A stretch of DNA of 32,096 bases, from positions 9,098 through 41,193 of the forward strand of contig CAYXKH010000005.1 of assembly GCA_964465255.1 (NCBI GenBank), given 5' to 3'. Of the stretch, positions 18,583 through 30,500 are shown piece by piece (position 1 is the stretch's first letter; the number at the start of each line of letters is the position of its first letter). Origin of the DNA: an uncultured Isosphaeraceae bacterium. Lineage in GTDB: Bacteria; Planctomycetota; Phycisphaerae; Phycisphaerales; SM1A02. The notes below the pieces were generated by a model. That model had not been told where the DNA came from, did no database searches, and saw nothing but the letters and a program-made list of their open reading frames with translations. The position numbers and the translations under genes were made by a program.

Positions 18583-21500
18583 ATGCGACACAGCCGATCG
18601 GTTCGTGGCAGACATGTCGTGCTTGCCTCGATCGCCCTCTCCGGCGGCGCGGGACTGGGGTCTGCTCAGCCGCTTCAGGCCACTCCGCCGGCTGCACCCG
18701 AGGGCCCATCCGCCGTCGCACCCCCGACCGGCGGCGCCGCCCCGGCAGTGGCTCCGGTCACACCGCCAGGGCCCGCAGTGGTCCCGGCTCCGGCACCCGC
18801 GCAGGCTGCTCCCGAAGTCTCCTTCAACTTCAAGTCCGCCACCTGGGAGCAGGTCCTCGACTTCTTCTCCCGGGCCACCGGCCTGCCGGTCGTCAAGGAA
18901 GTCCCGCTCCCCGACGGCGTCGTCGACTATCTCTCGCCCCGGTCCTATCCGCTTCCCGAGGCGCTCGAGACCCTGAACATCCTGCTTCAGACCCGCGGCG
19001 TCATGCTGCGCGTCGAGGCCGAGCGTCTCTACCTCCAGAAGCTCGATGACATGAAGCGGGAGAACATCCCGACCTTCATCGGCAAGCTCCCCGAGGGACT
19101 GACCAACGATCAGATCGTCACCCTGGTGATGCCGCTCAAGAATGCGGCGGCCAAGCCGGTTGCCGAGCAGCTTGCGCAGATGGTCGCGTCCTACGGCTCG
19201 ATCAGCGCGATGGAGAAGCAGAACGCCCTGGTGATCGTCGAGACCGCCGCCCAGGTGCGGCGTCTCGAGCGCATCATCAGCGAGCTCGATCGCGAGGATG
19301 TCGAGAACATCGTCGAGTTCCTCCCGATCAGGCACGCCAAGGCCACCGAGATGGTCGCGTCGCTGACGGCGCTGATGGGCGAGCGGGTGGTCGAATATGT
19401 CATCAACCCGCAGACCAATCAGAAGGTCAAGCTCGAGGAGACGCGACTCGGCGGCATGACCATCGCCGCCGACGCCCGCACCAACGCCATCGTCGCTCGC
19501 GGCACGCGGGCCAAGATCGACCAGCTCAAGCAGACGATCGAACTGCTCGATGTGGCTGGGGCCGGCGAGCGGCGGGCGATGCGCACGTTTGGGCTGCGCA
19601 CGCTGACGGCGGCGGTGGCGATGCCGCAGGTGGCGGCGCTCTTCAATTCGCTCCCCGCCGAAGGTCGGCCGATGGTGCTGCCGGCGCCGGACGGTCTGCG
19701 CCTCACCGTCGTCGGCCCCGAGACCGCAATTGCCGAAGCCGCGGCGCTGCTCGTCGAGATCGACGGCGCCCCCGGAAGCGACGCCGACGACGACATGACC
19801 CTTTCGGTCGTGGCCCTCAATCACGCGGCGCCGGAGGCAGTTGCGAACACCGCGAAGGCGGTGCTCGGGCGGCAGCTCGGCCTGGTCACCCTGACGCCCG
19901 GCGCTGACGGTCGCTCGGTGGTGGTGAGCGGCCCGGCGGGGCTGGTCGATTCGGCCAAGGCCATGATCGCGGCGCTCGATCGTCCGGCGCGAAGCGAGAA
20001 GTCGCTGCGCCTGTCTCGACTCATCGGAAGCGATCCCGCCTCAATCCTCGCCCGCGCCCAGCAGCTCTACACCGCGCAGCGCGACCCCGACGATCTTCGA
20101 GCCGAGGTCGTCGCCAACTTCGACGCTGCCACGCAGAGTGCCATCCTCGTCGGCGAAGCCCCGGCGCTCGCTCGCTTCGGAGCGATCATCGACCAGCTTC
20201 AGGCCGCCGCCGGACCGCAGCCCGACGTGCGCGTGGTGACCCTCGAGCATGCCACGGCCCAGGAGGTCGCCGACTTCCTCAATGCCCTCACCGAGAGCGA
20301 GCTCGGCATCATGTTCGCGGGGGTCGCGGGAGCCACTGGCGCATCGCGTCCCCTCATCGAGCCGATTGCCGGCACCAACACGCTGCTGGTCGCGGCCCAG
20401 CCGATGCAGCATCAGGTGATCCAGTCGCTGGTGCGCACCGTCGACGTGCCCCAGGAGACCGAGCTTCCGCCGCTTCGCATCCTCCAGTTGCGCACGGCCG
20501 ACGCCGTGAACCTCGCCCAGACGCTGATGGCGACCTACTCGCGCCGCTCCAACGAGGAGCGCAACGCGAAGCCCGCGTCGATCACCGCCGACATCCAGAC
20601 CAACGCGCTGCTGGTCGCGGCCCACCCCGATCTCCTTCCCGAGATCGAGCGGGTCGTGCAGGAGCTCAACGACAGCAATCGCGTCGACAGCGAAGGACGC
20701 GAGATCCGGATCTTCCCGCTGAAGGTGGCCCGGGCCACCGAACTGGCCAAGACCATCGACGAGATGTTCCCGCCGCCGCCGGTGCCGGTCGATCCGCGCG
20801 GTCGACCGCGCCCCGAACTCCAGAAGCCGCGGGAAGTCGTGGTCCGCGCCGATCCGCAGACGAACGCCCTGATCGTCGACGCCCCAGTGCAGCGCATGGC
20901 CGGATTCCAGGAGCTGGTGCAGTCGCTTGATCGCGCCGAGATCACCGACGAGGTCTCGATCCGCACCTGGCGCCTGCAGCGTGCCGACGTGAACGCGGCC
21001 GCGGACGCGATCCGTCAGCTCGCCGCCAATGGCTCGCTCGGGAGTGGCGCGGCGAACCGCCGCGCCGCGGTCACGGTGACCGTCGAACCGTCGACTCGCA
21101 CGCTGGTCGTCTCCGCCCCCGACGAAGCCTTCGAGAGCATCGAGCAGGTGCTCACCAGTCTCGACGAGGAGCGAGCGCTTCCCGCGACGTCGCTTCGCTT
21201 CTTCAAGCTGGTGACGGCCCGGGCCGAGAACGTGGCCCCCATGCTGCGAGAGATTCTCGCGGGCCGCATGGCCGAGGAGATTCCCGGCACGCCGGCCGAG
21301 CTGCAGGCGCTCCTCAAGGTCACGACCGACAAGAAGTCGAACGTGCTGATCATCTCGGCGCCGCCGAGCGTGATGCAGATTGCGGAAGAGCTCGTCAAGC
21401 AGATCGATTCGACCGCCAGCGCCGCCGGTGGAGTCGAGCCGATCATCCGTGTGCACCCGCTGACCTTCGCCTCGGCGAGCGAAGTCAGTCAGTCGCTTTC

Positions 21501-24500
21501 CTCGGCGCTGCCGACGATCATCAGCAAGGTGACCGGCGAGCCGGTCGCGGTGAGGCTCATCCCCAGCGTCGGCGCAAACGCCCTGATCCTCGTGGGCATC
21601 GAGTCGGAGCTCAAGGAAGTCGAAGCCCTGATCGAACCGCTCGACGCCCGCCCGGCGCTCGATGCCGTCGACGCCAGGACCTTCGAGCTCAAGCATTCCG
21701 TGGCCACGCGCATCGCGCCCCTGGTCCAGAACCTGCTCACCGATCAGCAGGAGACCGATCCGCGCATCGTGCTCGAGCGGCTGCGTCGTTCGCGCGGACA
21801 GATCGACACCACTCCGAAGGTGCGGGTCGAAGCCGACGAGCGGACCAATCGCCTGATCGTCTCGGGCCCGCAGCGGGTGGTGGCCCTGGCCGAAGCGCTG
21901 ATTGTCGAACTCGATCGGCCCGACGAGAGCGCCGAGCGCGAGATCGCCACCTTCACGCCGACCAACGCCGACCCGTCGACCCTCGCCGCCACCGTGCGAC
22001 AGGTGCTCGAGAACACCCGAGGCAGTGGGCAGCGTTCGACGCTCCAGGTGATCCCCGAACCGCAGAGCGGTGCACTGCTCCTGATTGGCACCAAGGAGGA
22101 GATCGCTCGGGCCAACACGCTTCTCAAGTCATGGGACGAGCGGGTGATCGCAGCCCCGTCGATGGATCTCAAGGTGCTGACCCTCAGGCACGCCGACCCG
22201 CGAGTGGTGGCGGGGCCGATTGCCTCGCTCCTGCAGGATCGAACGCGCTGGCCGGAGCGCCTGCGACAGACGGCGCGAGCGGGACTTCCGGTTGGTCAGC
22301 CGACGGTGACCGCGGAGGCCACCGGGCCGCGACTCCTGGTGAGTGCGCCGGGCGAGCTGATGCCGCTGGCCGAGGCGATCCTCGCCGAACTCGATCGACC
22401 GCGGGACGGGGCATCAGCAATCGAAGTCCGCACCTTCACGCTCATCCAGGCGGACGCCCGCGGAGTGAGCGACGCAGTGCGCACCGCGATGGACGCGCGG
22501 GCGACGCAGCGACCCGCCGAGACCAGGGCCACGATCTCGCCGGAACCCTCGAGCAACGCCATCGTCGCCACCGGCACTCCGGAGCAACTGGCCCAGATCG
22601 AGACGATCGTTTTGGGGCTCGACGCCGGAACGCCGCGCGATCAGGCCCAGGTGCGGACGCTCTTCCTGAAGCACGCGCGGGCGACGGAGATCATCCCGCT
22701 TCTCGAGAGCCTCCTCGTCGAGCGCGAGCTCATCGACCCCAAGGCATTGCCCACATGGGCCCAGGCCGAATACCTCCGCATCAGACAGCAGAATCTGGCC
22801 GGCAAGCCCGAGGTGCGGCTCGTCGCCGACGAGCGGTTGAACGCAATCGTGGTCGCGGCGCCGGCCTCGGTCCTCGACGCCGCCGAGCAGATGGTCGCCC
22901 AGCTCGATGTCGAGCGCGGCGAGGGCGGGGAGAGCGGTGATCGTTCGGTGCGTCTCCTCACGCTGCGCAACGCAGACGCGACCGAAGTTGCGGCGAGCCT
23001 CGAAGCGATCTTCGCCGAGGAGAAGGACCGCGAGAAGCCGCCGACGGTGCGGGTGAGCACGGCCAGCAACGGACTTCTGGTCCGAGCCAGCGAGCGGCAG
23101 TTCGCCACCATCGAGCGGGTGATCGGCGACATCGATCGGGCCACGGTGGCGACCAGCCGCCAGATGCGCACGATTCCAATCGACCAGAGCAAGGCCTCGG
23201 CGCAGGAGATTGCGGAGATGCTCCGCCGACTCCTGGGCACCGACGACGCGGCGACCAGCGTCGAAGTCATCTCGCTGGAAGAGCTCATCAAGCGCGAGGC
23301 GGGAGCGAAGCCGGCCTCGCCCGCCGGTGGGAAGCGCTCGATGGGCGGTGCGGGGCACTGGCCCGGCTCGCTTCACGCGCTCCTGATCGAGTCGATCTTT
23401 GCGCTCGCTCCCGTGGCCGCCGATGGACGGGCCGATGACGCTGGCGCAACAGCCAATGCCGAGCCCGCGCCGGAGAGCGACGGTCCGGATGTCACAATTG
23501 CCGTCGACCCACGAACCAACTCGCTGGTGCTGATTGGCTCGCCCCGGGCGGTCGAGCGCCTCGCGGAGCTGGCCAGACAGGCTCAGGAGCAGGTTCCCTC
23601 CGCCCCGCAGAAGATGCGGGTGGTCACCCTCGATCGGGCCACCGATCCGGAACGGCTCCGGGCTCTGGTGGCCCAGGTCCTCGGGCGCATCACGCCGCCG
23701 GGCGGCGCTGCGGGCGACCTGGCGAAGCGTGTCGGACTGCTTGCCGATCCGGGCACGAACGCTCTGGTGATTGCCGCAAACGACAACGACTTCCGAGCGG
23801 TGACGGAGATCCTCGTCGCCCTCGGTTCGGCTCCGACGGCAAACGACATCCCGATTCGAACGATCGTCCTCGAGCGGGCCTCCGCCGCCGCGGTCGCTCA
23901 GGCGGTGCAGCGCTTCGAGGACGAAAGGGCCAAGCTCTCCGGCGTCCGCGGTCGACGCGAGCAGCGCCGCTTCGCAATCGTCGGCGATCCGACCAGCAAC
24001 ACGATTCTCGTCGCCGCCGAGGACGAGGACTTCAAGGCCCTCGAAGCGATCGTCAAGCAGTTCGATTCACCGGCCGCGTCGGCGGCGCTCGAGATGCGGA
24101 TGTATCCGCTGCGTCACGCCCGCGCCGGCGAGATCGAGCGGACGGTGCAGGCGGTGGTCTCGGATCTCACCTGGGGACAGCCGTTCTTCGTCGGCCCGCG
24201 GGCCAGCGAATCGAGCCGTCGCGACGAGGTCGCGGTGCGCTCCGCGCCGCATCTGAATGCGCTCCTCGTCACCGGAACCGGGGACAAGTTCCAACTCGTC
24301 CAGCAGATCATCGAAGCCCTCGATACCCCCACCAGCGCCAATGCGGCGCGAGTCGTCAAGCTCTATCCGGTCAGGCACAGCGATGTCGATCTGGTGGCCG
24401 AGATCGTTCGTGATGCAGTCGGCGGCGGGCGCGAACGGCGACCGTGGGAGACCGCGGATCCGACTCAGGCCCGCGTCCGCGTCGACGCCCGGACCCGGAC

Positions 24501-27500
24501 GATCGTCGTGGTCGGCACCGAGTCGCAGCAGGCCGAGATCAGTCAGGTGCTCGCCGGCCTCGATCGCCCCGGAGACCAGAAGCCGCAGCAGACGGAAGTC
24601 GTCCGCGTGGAGTTCGCGAAAGCGTCGGAACTGGCCCGCACCCTCGGCGAGTTTCTCGAGTCGCGGGCGGCCACGGCAGGTGCCGGTCAGCCGACCGTCA
24701 CGATCGTGCCGAGCGACTCGGCCAACACGTTGCTTCTGGCCGGTGACGCCGCCGAGATCGCCACCCTGCGCGATCTGCTGACCCGGCTCGATCAGCCCGG
24801 CACCGGCGGCGATCGCCGCATCGAGATCGTGCAGATCGCCGATGGGAAGGCCGACGAACTGGCCCGCATGCTGGTCAGCCAGTTCCCGCGCGGCACCGGC
24901 GGCCAGGGCGTGATCATCACCCCCGACGTGCGGACCAACAGTCTGATCGTCAACGCGCCGCCGACGCTCTTCCCGCAGGTGATGGCCCTGATCGATCGCC
25001 TCGACGCCAAGTCGCTCGGCGATGTCACGGTCATCCGCACCTACGCCCTCACCGGAGCGCAGGCCGATGAAGCGGTGCGCATCCTCGGACAGACGCTCCA
25101 GCTCGACGCCCGCGGCCAGACTCAGCAGGGGGCCGTCGTCAGGCTCGACGAGGATGATGCCCAGCCGGTGAACGTGAAGGCTCGCGTGGTCGCCGATCGT
25201 CGCTCGAACAGTCTGGTGGTCTCGGCCACGCCGGAATCGTTCCCGGTGATCGAAGCGCTCATCAAGCGCATCGACGACGTTCCCGCGAGAAGTCCGGTCG
25301 AGTACCGGATTCTGCGCCTTCAGCATGCGCTTGCCGACGAAGTGAGCTTCACGTTGCGGCAGATCGTGCGTCCCTCCGGCGATGAGCCGGCGCCGCGCAT
25401 CGACTACAACATGGCCGAGAACCAGCTCGTGATCGGAGCCACCTCCGATCAGTTCGAGCAGGTGGCGAAGATTCTCGAACAGATCGATGTGCCCAGCGAT
25501 CGCGTGCGGCAGACCGATTTCGTGCCCATCAAGTTTGCCGGGGCCGAGAAGGTCCGTGAGGCCCTCCAGTACTTCTACGGCCCGAGGGCAATCGACGCCA
25601 ACACGCCGGGTCGGCAGTCGGTGGTGATCGTCGCCGACACCGCCACCAACAGTCTGGTCATCTCCGCCGATGCCGCCGAATGGGAAGGCATCCGCGCCCT
25701 CGTCAGCAAGCTCGACAGCGAGGAGTACGACGCCTCGCAGCAGCTTCGGGTCTTCCCGCTTCTGCACGCCGACGCGGCGGCGGTCGCCCGCGCCGTCAAC
25801 GACGCCTTCCAGGGTCGCATCGATCGCCGTGGACAGCTCGACGCGGCGCGGCGCGGTCAGAACGCACCGGGCGCCGATCCGCGCACGCAGCAGCTTCCGA
25901 CGGTGCTGGTCGAGAGCGACGAGTGGGTGAACGCCGCCGCCGAGACTCAGACCAACTCGCTGATCGTCTCGGCCAGCCGGACCAACCTGCGGAAGATCGA
26001 GCTGATCGTCGCCCAGATCGACACCGTCGATTTCGCCAAGCTGCCGCCGCCGCGGATCATCCCAATTGGCGTCGGCAATCCGGTGCAGCTCGCCGAGACG
26101 ATCCTGCGGATGTTCGCCCCCGATCCTGCCGAGCGCGGCGGCAATCGCTCGACCCGCGGCCTGCGGATCGTCGGCGACCTGGCCACCAGCGCCCTGATCG
26201 TGCGAGCCAACGACGAGGAGTTCGCTCAGGTCGAAGCCCTGGCCCAGGCGATCCAGCAGGAGGGCAGCGCTCAGGGGCTCGCGGTGAAGGTGCTTCCGCT
26301 GAAGGCGGCGCCGGCGGTGCGCGTCGCCGCGGCCATTCGCGAGGCGTACACCGCCAAGGCCAAGCAGCAGAACCTTCCACTCTCGATCTCGGTCGACGCC
26401 GCCGGCAACAGTCTGGTGATTGCCAGCAGCGCCGCGCTCTTCGCCGAGATCCGGGCCACCGTCGAAGAGATGGATGCCCTCGCCCCTGGCGTGGGTCAGG
26501 CCATCTTCGTGATCGACCTCGAGCACATCTCGCCCGAGGCGGTCAAGGGTGTGGTCGAGACCATCGGTCTCGACAAGCCGCAGCCTGAGAATTCGGTCTC
26601 GAAGGTGGTCAGCGAACCGATCAAGATCTCGCTCCTTCCGGGTCGCAAGTCGGTGATCGTGGTGGCGAATCCCGGTGATCGCGACACCGTGGTGGCGCTC
26701 TTCAAGGCGCTCGACGCCGAGCCTGCGCTCGCTCAGGGGCAGATGCGGGTCGTCAAGCTCAAGAACGCTCAGGCCGGCGCTCTGGCCGCGACCCTCTCGC
26801 AGATTCTCACTCCCGCTCCGGCGCAGGGCTCGCAGGCCCTGGCCCGCGCGGTGCAGGAGCAGCTTCGTCGCCTCGCGGTGCGTCGTGATGGTCTCAAGGA
26901 AGAGGACCTCCGCATCGATCTCGAGAAGCCGATCCGGGTCATTCCCGATGCGTCGCTCAATGCCCTCGTGGTGGCCTCGACTCCGGAGAACGTGCAGGCC
27001 ATCGAAGAGCTGATTGCGATGTTCGATCAGGTGCCGATGTCCGACGCCGTCGTCGTTCAGATCTTCCCGCTCGAGAACATCGCCGCCGATCAGTTCGCGC
27101 GGATCGTGCGCGAGCTCTTCGCCCAGGGCAAGGCTCTGGGATCGATCCCCGGGTCGAAGGTCGAAGCCGTCCCCGCAGGCACCGTCGGGCGTGCGCTGGC
27201 GGATTCGGTGGCAATCAGCATCGATTCCCGCACCAACACGGTGGTCGTCGCCGGCAAGGAGGACGCCGTCGCGCTGGTCGAAGTGCTGGTCAAGCGGATC
27301 GATACCGAGGTGGCCACCGGTTGGGTCGAGCCGCGGATCCTCCCGCTGCGCTTCGCCGATGCCGAGGAGCTCTCCACCACGCTCAACGCCGTGCTCGTCG
27401 ATGGCGCCACCGTCTCGCCCCAGTCCAACCCGCTCCAGCAGCAGGTGGCCCGACTGCGGATGCTGCGCCGCAACGGCGGCGCCTTCCCGGTGCCGCAGCC

Positions 27501-30500
27501 GCCGGTTCCGTCGAACGTGCAGGGTCCGCCGGCGCCCAACGCCGCGCCAGCGGTCGTCGTCGATGCGGCCGAGACGATGGCCGCCGACATCTTCCAGCCG
27601 ATGACCCGCACGGTCATCCGCGCCGAACGGAACATGAACGCTCTCGTGGTCGTGGCCACGCCGGCGAACCTCGAGGTGATCGGCGAGCTGGTCCGCATGC
27701 TCGACGTCGAAGCGGCCTCGCCCTCGGCGAGCGTCCGCATCTACCCCATCCAGCATGCCTCCGCCGCCAAGCTGGCCGCGATCGTGCAGCGGGTGTTCGA
27801 GCAGCAGTTCCAGGCCAAGTCGATCCGCGCCGAGGATCGGATCTCGGCCCAGGCCGACGAGCGATCGAACGCGCTCGTCGTCAGCACCAGCCCCCGCAGC
27901 TTCGCCGTGCTCGAGAGCCTGCTGAAGTCGCTGGATGCGCCGATTCCCGTGGACCTGAAGGAGATCCGCACCATCGAGCTGAAGCATGCCTCGGCGGCCC
28001 GGCTCGCCCAGATGATCCAGCAGCTCATGGATGCACGACTCGAGCGGCTGCGCCGCGTGCAGCCGGAGACGGCCGATCTCGAACGGGCCCTGGTCATCGC
28101 CGATCTGCGCAGCAACAGCCTGGTGGTCGCCGCGGGCAACGACACCTTCGATGTCATCAGGCGAATCGCCGTCGATCTCGACGTCGAGACGCTGCTCACC
28201 TCCTCGCTGGTGCAGGTGATCACCCTCGAGAAGGGGAATGCCGATCGCATCCGCGCCGCGGTGCAGCAGATTCTCGATCGCCGCTACGCCGATCTGCCGC
28301 CCGAAGTCAGACAGAGCCAGCGTCCGATGGTGCTCACCGACGCCCGCAGCAACTCGCTGCTGGTCGCGGCCGCGCCGGAGGACTTCGACCTGATCCGCGA
28401 TCTGGTCTCGAAGCTCGAGTCGGCCCCGATGAATCCCGCCGTCGGCGTGCACGTGATCGCCCTCACCAGCGGCCGCGCCGAGACGCTGGCCCCGCGCGTC
28501 GAGGCCCTCATGCAGAGCCGTCGGCAGTCGCTCGGTCCCGCAGCGATGCCCAGCGACGCGGTGAGCATCCAGCCGGAAGCCGCGAGCAACAGCCTGATCG
28601 TCGCGGCCAGCAACGAGAACGCCGAGATCATCCGTGAACTCGTCGGCGTGCTCACCGAAGCCGAGGCCGTCGGTGGCGGCCGTTCGGTCGAGATTCTGAC
28701 GCTCACCGCGAGTCGCGCAGTCGATCTCGTTCCTGTTCTCAACGAGATGTACGTCAACGAGGAGAACCGCCGCCGCGGCCAGGACAGCGTCCGCGTGACC
28801 ACCGAGCCGCGACTCAACGCGGTGGTGGTGACCGGTGATCCCGGCGATGTCGAAGCCCTCCGCGGCCTGGTGGCTCGACTCGACGGCACCAGGCCCGAGA
28901 CCGTGGTCGAGATCAAGTACATCCCGCTCGCCAGCGCCAACGCCCTGGAGACGGTGAGCCTGGTCGAGAATGTGCTGAGCGGTCGCAGCCTCGCCGGTCG
29001 CGCCGGTCGTCAGGCGACCGTGCTCAAGTACATGCGAGCGGAGAGCGAGGGGGGAACCTCGACCGAAACGCAGGTCAGTGCTGCAATCCGCGAGAGCATC
29101 AATCTCACCCCCGATGTCCGCACCAACACCATCATCGTCTCGGCTCCACGCGACTCGATGGAGATGATCGAGCGGATGATCCGCGACCTCGACGCCTCCA
29201 CGGTCGGGGCCCAGAACATCCGGGTCTTCCGACTCACCAACGCCGACGCCGAGGGGATGGCCGAGATCCTGAAGGCACTCTTCAGCCTCGAACAGCGCGG
29301 TGATCTGCTGGTCCTCAAGCCGCGCGAGCCGAGCGCCGCACCAGGTGAGGGTGGCGCGGGCGGCGCCGATGGGCCGGCGTCGGGCGGGGCCGCGCCCCAG
29401 GGTCTCGCCGGCGTCGAACTCAGCGCGGTGCCCGACGAGCGGCAACAGCTCTCGATCACCGTCGACAGCCGCACCAACAGTCTGCTGGTCTCGGCCACCC
29501 CGACCTATCTCGACCTCGTGGCCCAGGTCGTCAAGGAGCTCGACGCCCAGGAGGCCAACGAGCGCGAGACCAACATCTATCGCCTGAAGAATGCGGTCGC
29601 GGCCGAAGTGGCCCGCGTGGTCAGCACCTTCGTGGAGCAGGACCAGAAGAAGCTGATCGACACCCTCGGCAGCGATCAGTTGCCCTCGGCGGCGCGACTC
29701 CTCGAGCGCGAGGTGACCATCGTCGGCGACGACAAGACCAACACCGTCCTGATCAACGCCAGCCCGCGCTACATGACTCGGGTCGAGGACATCATCCGCG
29801 AGCTCGACGTCGATCCGCCGCAGGTGCTGATCCAGGTGCTGCTGGCCGAGATCACCCTCGATGCGACCACGGAAACCGGCGTCGACATGGAGGCCGCCGT
29901 CGACATCGGCGAGTACCTCGTCGGCGGCGGCTTTGGCCTCGCCAGCGTCGCGGCCACCAGCGTCGGCGTGCCCACCGTGCCCTTCTCGAAGATCCCGCAG
30001 ATTGCAGTGACCGGCCCCGACTTCTCGCTTCTCATCAAGGCCCTCCAGTCGCAGGGACGCCTTCAGGTCCTGAGCAATCCCTCAGTCATGGCGGCCAACA
30101 ACGAAGAGGCCGACATCCAGGTGGGCGAGACCATTCGGGTGCCGGAGAGCACCTCCTTCGTGCAGGGGCAGCAGCAGTCGTCGGTCGTCGCCGAGGACAT
30201 CGGCATCATTCTGAAGGTGAGGCCGTCGATCAATCCCGACGGCTTCGTGCGGATGGACATCAATCCGGAGATCTCGGAGCTCTCCCAGCGCACCACGCAG
30301 ATCTCCGAGAACTTCGAAGCTCCGATCATCACCAGGCGCCGGGCCAACACCACCGTCACCGTGCGTGACGGCGAGACCATCGTGATCGGCGGCCTGATCT
30401 CCGACCGCTACGAGAAGCGCGGCAACAAGGTCCCGATCCTCGGCGACATCCCGGTGATCGGGTTCTTCTTCCGCCGCGACATCGAGACCGTCGCCAAGAC

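Noticed and set aside
24067-29445. 1,792-aa ORF antisense to the secretin gene. Similar long antisense ORFs are at 18379..19824, 20041..21696, 926..3436, 2980..5535, 9627..11933, 12004..13092 and 13154..15271.
   Set aside because: These are classic high-GC shadow ORFs. Their translations are Arg/Gly/Asp/His/Pro-rich with no motifs, and each lies opposite a gene with strong family signatures. Stop codons are simply rare in these frames.
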